A DNA stretch of 64,000 nucleotides, taken from NCBI RefSeq assembly GCF_016432865.1, contig NC_067400.1:597680001-597744000 (forward strand), in the 5' to 3' direction. The notes under the pieces are model-generated. The model was given only the letters and a program-made list of their open reading frames with translations, was not told where the DNA came from and did not search any database. This DNA is from Antechinus flavipes. Its lineage: Eukaryota. The position numbers and the translations under genes were made by a program. Shown piece by piece: positions 26,870 to 38,756 of the stretch (within the stretch, counting starts at the first letter, position 1; each line of letters begins with the position of its first letter).

Positions 26870-27770
26870 ATTAAATTTATACATGCCTCTCCTATTTCTT
26901 ATGACTTTCAGTTCCACGTCACTAAATGCCTAATGGTCATTATGAATTTCATATTTTGGAGCCATGTCTAAAATTTTTTTCTCTAAATCTTCCTCTCTCC
27001 CAAACTTCCTGATTTGTATGAAATAGTATTTGTACTATTCTTCTAATTTCCTGGTTTCTTAATCCAATATATCCAAATTGCCAAATTTTCTTGTTTCTAT
27101 TTCACATTATCTCTTATATCATATTCTTTCAAAATATGATCACTATTTACCTCTAGATTATTGGAACAAGCTCCTAATTATTTCCTTTGCATTATTTCTC
27201 CCCACTCCAATCCATCCTCTACATTGCTGCCAAAGTGCAGATCTCATCATATGACTCATCCCAAATCAGCTAACTCCAATGGCTGCTTCTTACTTTCAGG
27301 ATCAAATATTATAAACCCATCTGTTTAGCTTTTAAAGCCCTGTAGTTTAGCCCTAATATGTCTTAACAGCCTTACTGGATGTTACTCCACTTCCTTCATT
27401 CTTGATTCCAATACAATTGGTTTTCTCTCCATTTCTCACACAACTCACTCATGTTTTAGTTTTTGTACTGACTTTCCCCTATACCTGTAACATACTCTCT
27501 TTTTCGGCATAAAAACTTTCTCTTTTCCTCCCTCTTTCATACATACATTTTGTATTAAGTGCTTTCTATATGCTAATTTCATTAACTTTTAAAATTAATT
27601 TTCATTAACTTTTATATATAATTTTCCTACACATATATTTTACACATACTTGTTTTCTGCCCCATTAATTGTCTTTGTAGTTAGAAATTTTTTCATTCTT
27701 TATATGTATATCCCTAGAATTTAGCACAATGCCCAGCACATAGTAGGTCCTGAGTAAACACTCTTATTTG
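26870..27770 (+). mobile_element. L2 LINE 3' region
   Basis: Pyrimidine-rich L2 body ending in tagcacaatgcccagcacatagtaggtcct. Boundaries approximate. Confidence 0.55.
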
Positions 27771-27824
27771 TTCTATTTCTCTGTTATAAAGTGCTTTGTA
27801 TGCCAAGAGATTTTGGCCGCACTT

Positions 27825-28521
27825 CCATTTATTTATTTACTTATTTCTGAAATTTATTTATTTATTTTTTATTATAGCTCTTTATTTACAAGACATGCAT
27901 GGGTAATTTTTCAGCATTGACCCTTGCAAAACCTTCTGTTATAACTTTTCCCTTCCTTCTCCCCACCCCTTCCCCTAGATGGCAGGTAGACCAATACATG
28001 TTAAATATGTTAAAGTACATGTTAAGTACAATATGTGTATACATATTTATACAGCTATCTTGCTGCACAAGAAAAATCAGATTTAGAAATAAGGTAAAAA
28101 ATAACCTGAGAAGGAAAACAAAAATGCAAGTGTACAATAACAGGAGTGGAAATGCTATGTTGTAGTTCATACTTATTTCCCTTCCCATAGTTCTTTTCAC
28201 TGGGTGTAGCTGGTTCTCTTCGTTACTGAACAGTTGGAATTGATTTGGTTCATCTTATTGTTGAAGTGAGTCCTGACCATCAGGATCGGCCATCATTGTT
28301 GAAGTGTATAATGATCTCCTGGTTCTGCTCATTTCACTTAGCATTATTTCATGTAAGTCTCTCCAGGCCTTTGTGAAATCATCCTGCTCGTAATTTCTTA
28401 CAGAATAGTAATATTCCATAACATTCATATACCACAATTTATTCAGCCATTCTCCAATTGAAGAGCATCCATTCAATTTCCAGTTTCTAGCCACTACAAA
28501 AAGAGCTGCCACAAACATTTT
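27825..28521 (-). mobile_element. 5'-truncated L1 (ORF2 C-terminus + 3'UTR)
   Basis: Translates to [31 protein letters not shown] (L1 ORF2 end). Probable TSD ttttggc(c/t)gca(c/t)tt at 27811-27824 and about 28522-28535; TT|AAAAA target on the minus strand. Confidence 0.9.
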
Positions 28522-30437
28522 TTTTGGCTGCATTTTTAAGGTGAACTTTCAAATTATATGCTGATTGCTAGTTAAATGCTAAGGGTTCAAGCTATTAAGT
28601 TATTCAAATTCATTTAGAAAGTTCCTAAGGTTAGAGAATAGGTTTTGAAATGAAGACCAGGAATTTGTACACTATGCTTTGACTGCAGATTTTAGCATTA
28701 AGTGATTGGACAAAAGTTGGTGTAAAAAAAAAAAAATCCCATCTAAACAGGAATAAATAGCTTTTACAAATCAACCATTTTTCAGATCTTCATAGATGAC
28801 AACTTTGAGTTACAACATTGTATTATCTGATTATTGCTTCAATCCATTTGACTTGGGCAAAACCAAACATGGTCAAGGGATTTAGATCCCATTGGGCTAT
28901 TCTTTAGTTTTCTTCTGTCTTTTCCTTTCCAGCGCTTTCTCAGTAATGGATTAATGGCAAAAGTTTTCATTATGTTATTGTAATTCTATAAAATGTTGTA
29001 TTCATTAACTTGGTCTTTTTAAAAAACCATGTTTTTAAAAAACTGTTTTTGAAGAAGAATTTTGTTTTGTCAGAATAGATTTTTCTGTTTTCTTTCTTTA
29101 AATATATCTCAAAAACTTTGTCTCAGCTATACCTTTAAATAGTTAAAGCATCTGGTATAATGGAAATAATACTCAGTATGGGGTCAGGAGACTTTGACTC
29201 CAGATTCTGGCTCTTTAGATTATTCTTAGCTGGGTGATTTAAGTCATTTAACTCCTCTGAGTCTCAGTTTCCTTATTTGTAAAAATTGTGGTAATAAAAT
29301 ATGTTAATACCTACCACATAGTGTTAGGAAAGCATTTTATGTCACAAGGATCTCAGAGATCATTTATATTCTGAAAATGATTGAACATGTTTGCTGCTTT
29401 ATGGTGTTGCTTCTTTTTCCTAGTTGGAAATTGGTATTTCATGTTTCCTTATGTCTAATAGACCCCGAAGGTGTCTATTCAAGGCTTATGTATCAGTTTA
29501 ATAATAATTTTTTAACAATATTTCACAATCTTGTTTAAATCATTAAATCCATATTTTGGATATAAGACGAGAAGGGTTTTGGGTGTCATTATAGCTGATT
29601 ATAATAATTATTTTATAAGCAGTTTTCATTTTTTTTTTGGGGGGGGAGGCTACAGCACTAGCTTGGTGTGATATACTTTATTAATGTTAGTTGAGTTTTC
29701 TTGTAACAGTATTTACAAAAAATTGTATTCCCAGTGCTGAACTCACAATGCCTTATACGCAATAGGTGTTTAGTAAATGTTTTTTGAAATTGAATTGTTG
29801 AATTAATAATCATATTTGCATTTTACTTTAAGGCTTACAAATTTATTTCTGTGCTTTATCCTCTTGATATTCCTTTGGTATCATAAGTATCACCATTTCA
29901 TAGATTACTAACCTGATGCTGAATTAGGTGACAGTCTAAAGTTTTAGGAACTCTAGTAAGTGGCAAGGTGAAACTTGTATCTAGATATTAATCTTAGAAC
30001 CTTGGTTTTGGAAAGCATTGTATAGGTCATTTCATGTTAGAAATTTCCCCTTCGACATATTTGACAAATACTTAATCCAGGTGATGTAAAATCCTGTAGT
30101 GAGAGGAAAATTAATTGGCCTTTCAGGATCAGAGATGCTGTCTTTTAATTTATTTAATTTATAGCACTATAGACTCTCTGTATCAGGTAAGGAGTGTTCT
30201 AGGGACATCTCCACTGGGGATATAGCAACACTTGCAACAGCAATAGCTGCCATTTGGATAATGCTTTAAGATTTAAAAAGCACAGAAATTTTAACATTTA
30301 TTTTTCACATTAACCCTTCACTGATAGATGAGAGAAAATGATTGATACCTGTATTAGAAAAGAGGAAACAGAGGCTTGTGGATTTGATTTGTCAGCCACT
30401 CCTATGTCTCAACCAGGTTTTGAACTCATCTCTTTTT

Positions 30438-33284
30438 ATTTTTTATTTTTTATTTTTTTATTTTTTATTTTTTATTTTTTAAGTTTTTTTTATTTAATAA
30501 TTACATTATATTGACACTCATTTCTGTTCCGATTTTTTTCCCCTCCCTCCCTCCACCCCCTCCCCTAGATGGCAAGCAGTCCTTTATATGTTGGATATGT
30601 TGCAGTATATCCTAGATACAATATATGTTTGCAGAACCGAACAGTTCTCTTGTTGCGTAGGGAGAATTGGATTCAGAAGGTATAAATAATCCGGGAAGAA
30701 AAACAAAAATGCAGATAGTTCACATTCGTTTCCCAGTGTTCTTTCTTTGGGTGTAGCTGCTTTTGTCCGTCATTTATCAATTGAAACTCAGGTCTCTATG
30801 TCAAAGAAATCCACTTCCATCAAAATATGTCCTCATACAACATCGTTGTCGAAGTGTATAATGATCTCCTGGTTCTGCTCATTTCACTTAGCATCAGTTC
30901 ATGAAGGTCTCTCCAAGCCTCTCTGTATTCATCCTGCTGGTCATTTCTTACAGAACAATAATATTCCATAACATTCATATACCACAATTTACCCAGCCAT
31001 TCTCCAATTGATGGGCATCCATTCATTTTCCAGTTTCTAGCCACTACAAACAGGGCTGCTACAAACATTTTGGCACATACAGGTCCCTTTCCCTTCTTTA
31101 GTATTTCTTTGGGATATAAGCCCAATAGAAACACTGCTGGATCAAAGGATATGCACATTTTGATAATTTTTTGGGCATAATTCCAGATTGCTCTCCAGAA
31201 TGGTTGGATTCGTTCACAACTCCACCAACAATGCATTAGTGTCCCAGTTTTCCCGCATCCCCTCCAACATTCATCATTATTTTTTCCTGTCATCTTAGCC
31301 AATCTGACAGGTGTGTAGTGGTATCTCAGAGTTGTCTTAATTTGCATTTCTCTGATCAATAATGATTTGGAACACTCTTTCATATGAGTGGTAATAGTTT
31401 CAATCTCATCCTCTGAAAATTGTCTGTTCATATCCTTTGACCATTTATCAATTGGAGAATGGCTTGATTTCTTATAAATTTGAGTCAGTTCTCTATATAT
31501 TTTGGAAATGAGGCCTTTATCAGAACCTTTAACTGTGAAAATGTTTTCCCAGTTTGTTGCTTCCCTTCTAATCTTGTTTGCATTAGTTTTATTTGTACAA
31601 AGGCTTTTTAATTTGATGTAATCGAAATTTTCTATTCTGTGATCAGTAATGGTCTCTAGTTCATCTTTGGTCACAAATTTCTTTCTCCTCCACAAGTCTG
31701 AGAGATAAACTATTCTATGTTCCTCTAATTTATTTATAATCTCGTTCTTTATGCCTAGGTCATAGACCCATTTTGATCTTATCTTGGTATATGGTGTTAA
31801 GTGTGGGTCCATGCCTAATTTCTGCCATACTAATTTCCAATTATCCCAGCAGTTTTTATCAAATAATGAATTCTTTTCCCAGAAGTTAGGGGCTTTGGGT
31901 TTGTCAAACACTAGATTGCTATAATTGACTATTCTGTCTTGTGAGCCTAGCCTTTTCCACTGATCCACTAATCTATTTCTTAGCCAATACCAAATGGTTT
32001 TGGTGACTGCTGCTTTATAATATAATTTTAGATCAGGTACAGCTAGGCCACCTTCATTTGATTTTTTTTTCATTAGTTCCCTTGAGATTCTCGACTTTTT
32101 ATTGTTCCATATGAATTTTGTTGTTATTTTTTCTAGATCAATAAAATATTTTCTTGGAAGTCTGATTGGTATAGCACTAAATAAATAGATTAGTTTAGGG
32201 AGTATTGTCATCTTTATTATGTTCGCTCGGCCAATCCAAGAGCACTTAATATTTTTCCAATTATTTAAGTCTGACTTTATTTGTGTGGAGACTTTTTTAT
32301 AATTTTGCTCATATAATTCCTGACTTTCCTTTGGTAGATAGATTCCCAAATATTTTATGGTATCAACAGTTATTCTGAATGGAATTTCTCTTTGTATCTC
32401 TTGCTGTTGGGTTTTGTTGGTGATGTATAAAAATGCTGAGGATTTATGGGGATTTATTTTGTAGCCAGCTACTTTGCTAAAATTATGAATTATTTCCAAT
32501 AGCTTTTTGGTAGAATCTCTGGGGTTCTCTAGGTATACCATCATATCATCTGCAAAGAGTGATAGTTTGGTTTCCTCATTGCCTACTCTAATTCCTTTTA
32601 TATCTTTCTCGACTCTTATTGCCGAGGCTAGTGTTTCTAATACGATATTAAATAATAATGGTGATAGTGGGCAACCTTGCTTCACTCCAGATCTTACTGG
32701 GAAAGGTTCCAGTTTTTCCCCATTGCATATGATGCTTACTGATGGTTTTAAATATATGCTCCTGACTATTTTAAGGAAAAGTCCATTTATTCCTATGCTC
32801 TCAAGTGTTTTTATTAGGAATGGATGTTGGATTTTATCAAATGCTTTTTCTGCATCTATTGAGATGATCATGTGGTTTTTGTTTGTTTGGTTATTGATAT
32901 AGTCAATTATGCTAATAGTTTTCCTAATATTGAACCAGCCCTGCATTCCTGGTATAAATCCTACTTGGTCATAGTGTATTATCCTGGTGACAATTTTCTG
33001 TAATCTTTTTGCTAATATTTTATTTAAGATTTTAGCATCAATATTCATTAGGGAGATTGGTCTATAATTTTCTTTCTCTGTTTTCAGCCTACCTGGTTTA
33101 GGTATCAGTACCATATCTGTGTCATAAAAGGAGTTTGGTAGGACTCCTTCAATCCCTATTTTTTCAAATAGTTTATATAACATTGGAGTTAATTGTTCTT
33201 TAAATGTTTGGTAGAATTCACATGTAAATCCATCTGGTCCTGGGGATTTTTTGAAAGTAAAAAAACTATTGAATTGATTAATAA
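30438..33284 (-). mobile_element. Young 5'-truncated L1 (about 2.85 kb) with 15-bp TSD
   Basis: TSD aactcatctcttttt at 30423-30437 and 33285-33299; (TTTTTA)n tail; 3'UTR at about 30500-30820; canonical TT|AAAA endonuclease site on the minus strand. Confidence 0.97.
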
Positions 33285-33291
33285 AACTCAT
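30820..33291 (-). CDS. ORF2: L1 ORF2 fragment, 823 aa open: RT + C-terminal CCHC domain, no endonuclease; ATG derived from the TSD
   Basis: Motifs [37 protein letters not shown] (catalytic) and [18 protein letters not shown] (C-X3-C-X7-H-X4-C); no stops or frameshifts. Expression is unknown. Confidence 0.9.
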   Translation of the reverse strand: MSFINQFNSFFTFKKSPGPDGFTCEFYQTFKEQLTPMLYKLFEKIGIEGVLPNSFYDTDMVLIPKPGRLKTEKENYRPISLMNIDAKILNKILAKRLQKIVTRIIHYDQVGFIPGMQGWFNIRKTISIIDYINNQTNKNHMIISIDAEKAFDKIQHPFLIKTLESIGINGLFLKIVRSIYLKPSVSIICNGEKLEPFPVRSGVKQGCPLSPLLFNIVLETLASAIRVEKDIKGIRVGNEETKLSLFADDMMVYLENPRDSTKKLLEIIHNFSKVAGYKINPHKSSAFLYITNKTQQQEIQREIPFRITVDTIKYLGIYLPKESQELYEQNYKKVSTQIKSDLNNWKNIKCSWIGRANIIKMTILPKLIYLFSAIPIRLPRKYFIDLEKITTKFIWNNKKSRISRELMKKKSNEGGLAVPDLKLYYKAAVTKTIWYWLRNRLVDQWKRLGSQDRIVNYSNLVFDKPKAPNFWEKNSLFDKNCWDNWKLVWQKLGMDPHLTPYTKIRSKWVYDLGIKNEIINKLEEHRIVYLSDLWRRKKFVTKDELETITDHRIENFDYIKLKSLCTNKTNANKIRREATNWENIFTVKGSDKGLISKIYRELTQIYKKSSHSPIDKWSKDMNRQFSEDEIETITTHMKECSKSLLIREMQIKTTLRYHYTPVRLAKMTGKNNDECWRGCGKTGTLMHCWWSCERIQPFWRAIWNYAQKIIKMCISFDPAVFLLGLYPKEILKKGKGPVCAKMFVAALFVVARNWKMNGCPSIGEWLGKLWYMNVMEYYCSVRNDQQDEYREAWRDLHELMLSEMSRTRRSLYTSTTMLYEDIF

Positions 33292-34142
33292 CTCTTTTTA
33301 AAATAAAATTTAGCATTTGAACCAATTTATATCTTCCATATCCTTTTCCATGCTGTTCATTTGTAGGACTATTTATTTTGATTTTTGTATCTCCAGTGCC
33401 TTGCACTTAATAGATCCTTAATAAATACTTGTTGCATTGGATTTGAATGAATTTTTTGAAAAGCACCTTTTCATGATAGTTAAAGTGATATATTTGGATG
33501 AATCAGGTTTAAATCTTGTGTATCACCCTGTTCTTAAATTCATTTTCTTTTTTTTTTTTGTAAAATGAAGTTAATATTTCTATAATACCTAACTTTTTAG
33601 AGTGGTTGTAGAACTCCAGTCAGATGATATGTGTACAAGATTTTGCAAATTTCAATGAAGTGCTATAGGAATTTCAGTATAAGGTATATATTTTGAGTCT
33701 AGGGCTTTTTAAGTCAACTTGTGATGGTTTCTAACTTGAAGTATAAGAAGATTTCCTAAATGTATCGGATATTACCATTGATAATGTTGCTAACCAATTT
33801 ATAAGGAGTGATTGTGGAGCAGGAATATTTTCTTAAAACTAGATTGTGTTGCTCAAGGAATTGAGATATGTAGATTTTCTTTACTTAGTATGCCAGTCAA
33901 ATCAGGGCAGACCCTATCTACAAAAATGTGGACAATCATTATTAAAGAGAAGTTGCAGTACATAATGTAATTGGATATGTTCATGTGATCCAAACAGATC
34001 TTACACTCTTAATTTCCCAGAGATTTCACAAATGAAATATGGATGCTATGGAAATTGTAGGAGCAAAAGCCTTTTTGGTAAAAGATTGCTTGGGTTCTTA
34101 TTTTTTGTTGCCAAATTCACTTCTTAAATTTTAGCAGTTGCT

Positions 34143-34295
34143 AGATTCAGGCACAAAGCTGTGGATATGCATTTGAAAATCAAATGACAGATTTTTCAAT
34201 CATGTTTAGACAATTTTTCCTTTCATATAATTAGTTTTCACATTAAATGTGCAATTCAGTGAGCTTTTTGTACTTAAACCTTGTGCTGAATTTAA
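34143..34295 (+). repeat. Inverted duplication, left arm (153 bp)
   Basis: Reverse complement matches 34877-35029 with 5 substitutions and no indels. Confidence 0.95.
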
Positions 34296-34329
34296 TCAAC
34301 AAAAATACTTAGTATAAGTACCTTTAATA

Positions 34330-34590
34330 ATAATTCACAAAGGCATTTAGAGCATAATGGATAAGGTGCCAGACCTGAAGTCAGTAAGTCTTTGCATGAA
34401 ATTGAGTGGCCTAAGACACTTCCTTAGATGTGTGACCTTTAGTAAGTCATTTAACACAGGCTGCCTTACTTGATTATCTGCAAAATGAGCTGGAAAAGGA
34501 AATGGCAAGCCACTCCAGCCTCTCTGTCAACAAAACCTGTAAATGGTGTTATGGAGAGTCAGAAATAACTGAAAACCTACTGAATAACAA
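34330..34590 (+). mobile_element. MAR1-like CORE-SINE inside the inverted-repeat spacer
   Basis: gacctgaagtcag head, CORE, gagctggaaaaggaaatggcaagccactccagc RTE-type tail. Confidence 0.7.
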
Positions 34591-34876
34591 GAATAATTCA
34601 TACTCCTCTTTTCAGCATGTCCTCAAAGCCATTTGTAAGGCAACTCTGCAGCTCAGTTTTAGTGTCAGCACTATTATTTTTACTTCTGAAGCTTAGAAAG
34701 GCAAGGGACTTGATCATGATCAATAGCTGGTAAGTGTCAGACTTAGAAGTGCATATGTGACAATACCCGTTTGGCCTTGGACAAGACAAGGTGGCCCGCC
34801 CTTTTTTCAGTTTCCTTCTGTAAAATAACATAATTCAGTTTCCTTTTGTAAAAATAATATTGGATTTGATGACTTT

Positions 34877-35029
34877 TTAAATTCAGCACAAGGTTTAAGT
34901 ACAAAAAGCTCACTGAATCGCACATTTAATGTGAAAACTAATTATATGAAAGGAAAAATTGTCTAAACAGGATTGGAAAATCTGTCATTTGATTTTCAAA
35001 TGCATACCCGCAGCTTTGTGCCTGAATCT
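34877..35029 (-). repeat. Inverted duplication, right arm (153 bp)
   Basis: ttaaattcagcacaagg...tgtgcctgaatct is the reverse complement of the left arm. Confidence 0.95.
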
Positions 35030-35504
35030 GTGCAAATTAATTGTTGTTTTATTCATAAATATTTTATTGAATACCTTTTCTGTAAGGCATTGTATTATAG
35101 GAACATGAAATGTCTTATTTGGTTCTTGCCTTAAAGGAGTTTATGATCTCTCTAGGAAGGTGACAATACACAAATAATTGTATGTCAAGTTTTGCACTGA
35201 TGTAAAATGATACTTCCTTGGTTTCCCATATCTATGCCACTGGAACACTGTCTCTGACGTGGCCTGAGAAATTGGGGTGGCCTAGAATGTGGTGACTTCT
35301 AATAGGCAGAAACCAATCACCATAAAGAATGTTTCCTCTGAAGGTGGGGTGACCATACATGAAGGTAAGATGAATAGGTTATGATCTGTTTTAGCAGATA
35401 AAATTATACATTTTTGATTTATTATGAAGAAACAGAAAAGAAAGGAAAAAGGAAAATAAATTTTTTGCCTTAAACCAGCCCCTTTTTGTTTGTTTTAAGT
35501 GTTT

Positions 35505-35670
35505 TTGTGATGAAATTTTTTTAAATTAAAGATTTTTATTTTCAAAACCTATGCATGGATAATTTTTCAATATTGACCCTTTCAAAACCTTGTGTTCCAA
35601 ATTTCCCCCATCTCCCCACATCCCCTCCCCCAGATGGAAAATAATCTACTATATGTTTGACATGTTAAAA
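35505..35670 (-). mobile_element. L1 3'UTR terminal fragment
   Basis: tttattttcaaaacctatgcatggataatttttcaatattgacc resembles the L1 3' ends at 27.9 kb and 62.1 kb. Confidence 0.75.
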
Positions 35671-35789
35671 AAAAGTTTCTTAAATATGTTGGTTATGTAA
35701 TCTCACTAGAAAAGTAGTAGTAGCAGGTTCTAGTATTTATTTCTAAGGTGTAAATGTGAGCATGTCACTTGTTGCCTTCTCTTCTTCAA

Positions 35790-36240
35790 ATCAGTAGCTT
35801 TCTTCCTGTTGCCTTCAGGATGAAATAGAAAATGCTGTGTTTGGCATTCATAACTTATTATTTTCTTACCTTTCTTATGTTTTCAGTCTTTTTATACCTT
35901 GCTACCCAATTCATTCTTTAATATAGTGAAACTAGTCTTCTGACTGTCCCCTGAAAAAGACACTCCCATTTTCTCTGGATGTGCCCCCATGCCTGAAACG
36001 CTCTTTTTCCTGTGCTTTTCCTAAGTAAAAATCCTACTTTATATAGAAAGCCTTCACCAATTTCCTGGTGACTTCTCTCTTTAACTATTTTATCTCCATC
36101 CTATATATAATTTGTATATATTTGTTTGCATTTTATTGACCCTTTTATGTTGTAAGCCCCTTCTGGGCAGGGACTGATTTTTGCTTCTATTTGGATAAAC
36201 TGTGCCTAGGCATGAGTAGGTACTTCATAAAGTTTATTAA
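35790..36240 (+). mobile_element. L2 LINE 3' region
   Basis: Ends in gggcagggactg...actgtgcctaggcatgagtaggtacttcataaa, the L2 3' terminus. Confidence 0.55.
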
Positions 36241-36909
36241 TTATTAATTTATTATAGAGTTTGATTTTTGTATTTGTGACTAAAAATGTATCCTTGGTTA
36301 ATATGATTGAAACTAGATTCTTTTTTCTTTCTTTATCTCTGTCTCTTTCTTCCTCCCTGTCTTTTTCCTTCCCTCTCTCTTATTTTTTATTTATGCATTA
36401 GGACGTTGTTATAGTAAAAGTGTTTATAAATTGTGAATTCTTGAAAGCTTACCTCAGTTGCATTGCATGATAAATGATTGTGACTCCTGAAAATCAGATA
36501 GGAAGTCCATAAATAAAAGAACTGTTTGATATATAATCTGAGTAGAGAAATTACATAGGGTTTTTTAATGTTGAAAATGAAATAGGTACTTGGGAAAGTT
36601 TCACTTTAAAAAAAGAAAGAGACCCACATGCTTTGCAAAATGTTTTTGTTGTGCTTTGGAGCAGAAGCTGGTTATACAGCATAATAATTCAATTCAAAGC
36701 TTGTATTGCTTGATAGGTTTTATTGTGTTTAATATATATGATGCCATATTTCATAAGTCAATAGGAAAACTTACATGTAACTTAACATTATTATAAAATT
36801 TTCAAGAATATTGAGATCTAAGCAATGCAATCCCAAGTCAGAAGGTCAAACTCAAATGCTAGTTTCATTCAGGGATAGTCACACTTAATCTTAATGATTA
36901 TAGAAATGT

Positions 36910-37345
36910 TGTTTTTTCTTTAATTTTAAAGCATTTCAATTTAAACTTTGAATTCCAAATTCTCTCTCTTCCCTATCTCTGAAATGGTAAGAAATCAGAT
37001 ATAGATTGTACATATCCAGTCATTTAAGACATTTCCATTTTAGTCATTTTGTCTAAGACTTGAATAAAAGAAAAAAGGTAAAAGGAAAAAAAAGTTCATT
37101 TAGTCATTGCAAGTTTTTCTGAAATCATCTTGCTTTGTCACCTCTTATAAACACGGTAATATTCTGTTTGATGATCATCACTTCAATGTTCAATTCTTAG
37201 CCACCACAAAAAGAGCTACTATGAATATTTTTATATAAATAGGTCCTTTTCCCTTTTTTGGATGTTTTGGGATATAGACCTAGCAGTGGTATTGGTGGAT
37301 CAAAGGATATGCACAAATTGATAGCTTTTTGAGCATAGTTTCTAA
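36910..37345 (-). mobile_element. Old L1 3' fragment
   Basis: cttagccaccacaaaaagagctactatgaatatt...ggatcaaaggatatgcac matches the antisense of the L1 ORF2 end. Confidence 0.7.
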
Positions 37346-37635
37346 TTGTTGTCCAGAACTGTGAGAGTGGAGGAATATGATTGTAAAGGGGGAAAAGCTA
37401 TGTAGGAAGTGTAGAAGACAGGAAAGTTATTCAGAATAAGTTCAGAGTCTAAGAAAAGGAGGTAATTATAGAAAAGAAGAATCCTGTACCTGTAATATCA
37501 CAGCAAGAGGAAAAGGTTATTTTCTCTTCTCTCCCCAACCTCACAGAGTCCCTATATAATGACTTACTCTTTTTCTCAGACTCGGAACCCTATGCAGGGC
37601 CTAGCCATTTAAAGTACCTAGGTATTAGCTGTCTG

Positions 37636-37704
37636 TTTTTTTTTTTTTTTTTTTTTTTTTTTTGTTTTGTTTGTTTTTTTTGTTTTGTTTTGTTTTGTTT
37701 TTTT
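37636..37704. repeat. poly(T)/(TTTTG)n tract
   Basis: Read directly. Confidence 0.9.
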
Positions 37705-37739
37705 AAGTGCTTAAATACACTCATAAAAAGGATGGCAAT

Positions 37740-38393
37740 AAAACGTTTGTGGCAGCCCTTTTTGTAGTGGCTAGAAACTGGAAAATGATTGGATGCCCAT
37801 CAATTGGAGAATGGCTGGGTAAATTGTGGTATATGAATGCTATGGAATATTCTTGTTCTATAAGAAATGACCAGCAGGATGAATATAGAGAGGCTTGGGA
37901 AAACTGACATGAACTGATGCTGAGTGAAATGAGCAGAACCAGGAGATCATTATATACTTCAACAACAGTACTGTATGAGGATATATTCTGATGGATATTC
38001 TGATGGAAATGATGTCTTTGACAAAGAGAAGATCTAATTCAGTTCCAGTTGATCAGTGATGGACACAGAATTAGCTACACCCAGAGAAAGAACACTGGGA
38101 AATGAGTGTGATCTGTTTGCATTTTTTGTTTTTCTTCCCAGGTTATTTTTTATCTTCTGAATCCAATTCTTGTGCAACAAGAGAACTCTTCAGTTCTGCA
38201 CACATATATTGTATCTAGGATATGCTATAACATATTTAACATGTATAAGACTGCTTGCCATCTGGGGGAGGGGGTGGAGGGAGGGAAGGGAAAAGTCAGA
38301 ACAGAAGTGAGTGCAAGGGATAATGTTGTAAAAAATTACCCATCCATATGTTCTGTCAATAAAAAGTTATATTAAAAAAAAGTTTCAAAAAAA
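37740..38393 (+). mobile_element. 5'-truncated L1 (about 650 bp) with 15-bp TSD
   Basis: TSD aaaaaggatggcaat at 37725-37739 and 38394-38408; [23 protein letters not shown]; poly(A). Contains a 12-bp tandem duplication atattctgatgg at 37983-38006. Confidence 0.93.
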
Positions 38394-38714
38394 AAAAAGG
38401 ATGGCAATTACTGGCTTTTCTCCTTCTGGGTAGGCCTCTGACAAAATTTGGAAATTAAAAAAAAAAGCAACCCTTTTCTACTTAAATCCTTCAAATATTT
38501 GCCAGCTGTTGCCATTTCTCAGTCTTTTCTGGACTAAAAATGCTCAATTCTGAGAGCCCTGTTAACATACCATGCTTAAGGCTTAAGGCTTTGTAACTTG
38601 GCAAAAGCTTTTCAAAAATGTAGCACTCAGAACTTTACATTGTATTCCAGATAAGGTCGGATTAGGATAGCATTTTTTCTCTCTATTAGAGTGCTAATCA
38701 GTCAAATATTTTTG

Positions 38715-38756
38715 TTAAATGCTTATTTTATATATATATATAAAATAAGCATTTAA
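38715..38756. repeat. Perfect 42-bp AT-rich palindrome
   Basis: ttaaatgcttatttta-tatatatata-taaaataagcatttaa is its own reverse complement. Confidence 0.95.

Noticed and set aside
32507-32902. 131-aa ORF antisense to L1 ORF2, with a paralogue at 43584-43925
   Set aside because: Shadow frame of the L1 RT region; present because both loci are L1 copies.
34143-35029. Interpretation of the inverted repeat as a long-TIR (foldback/Mutator) transposon
   Set aside because: No TSD in the flanks, and the internal SINEs are far more diverged than the arms.
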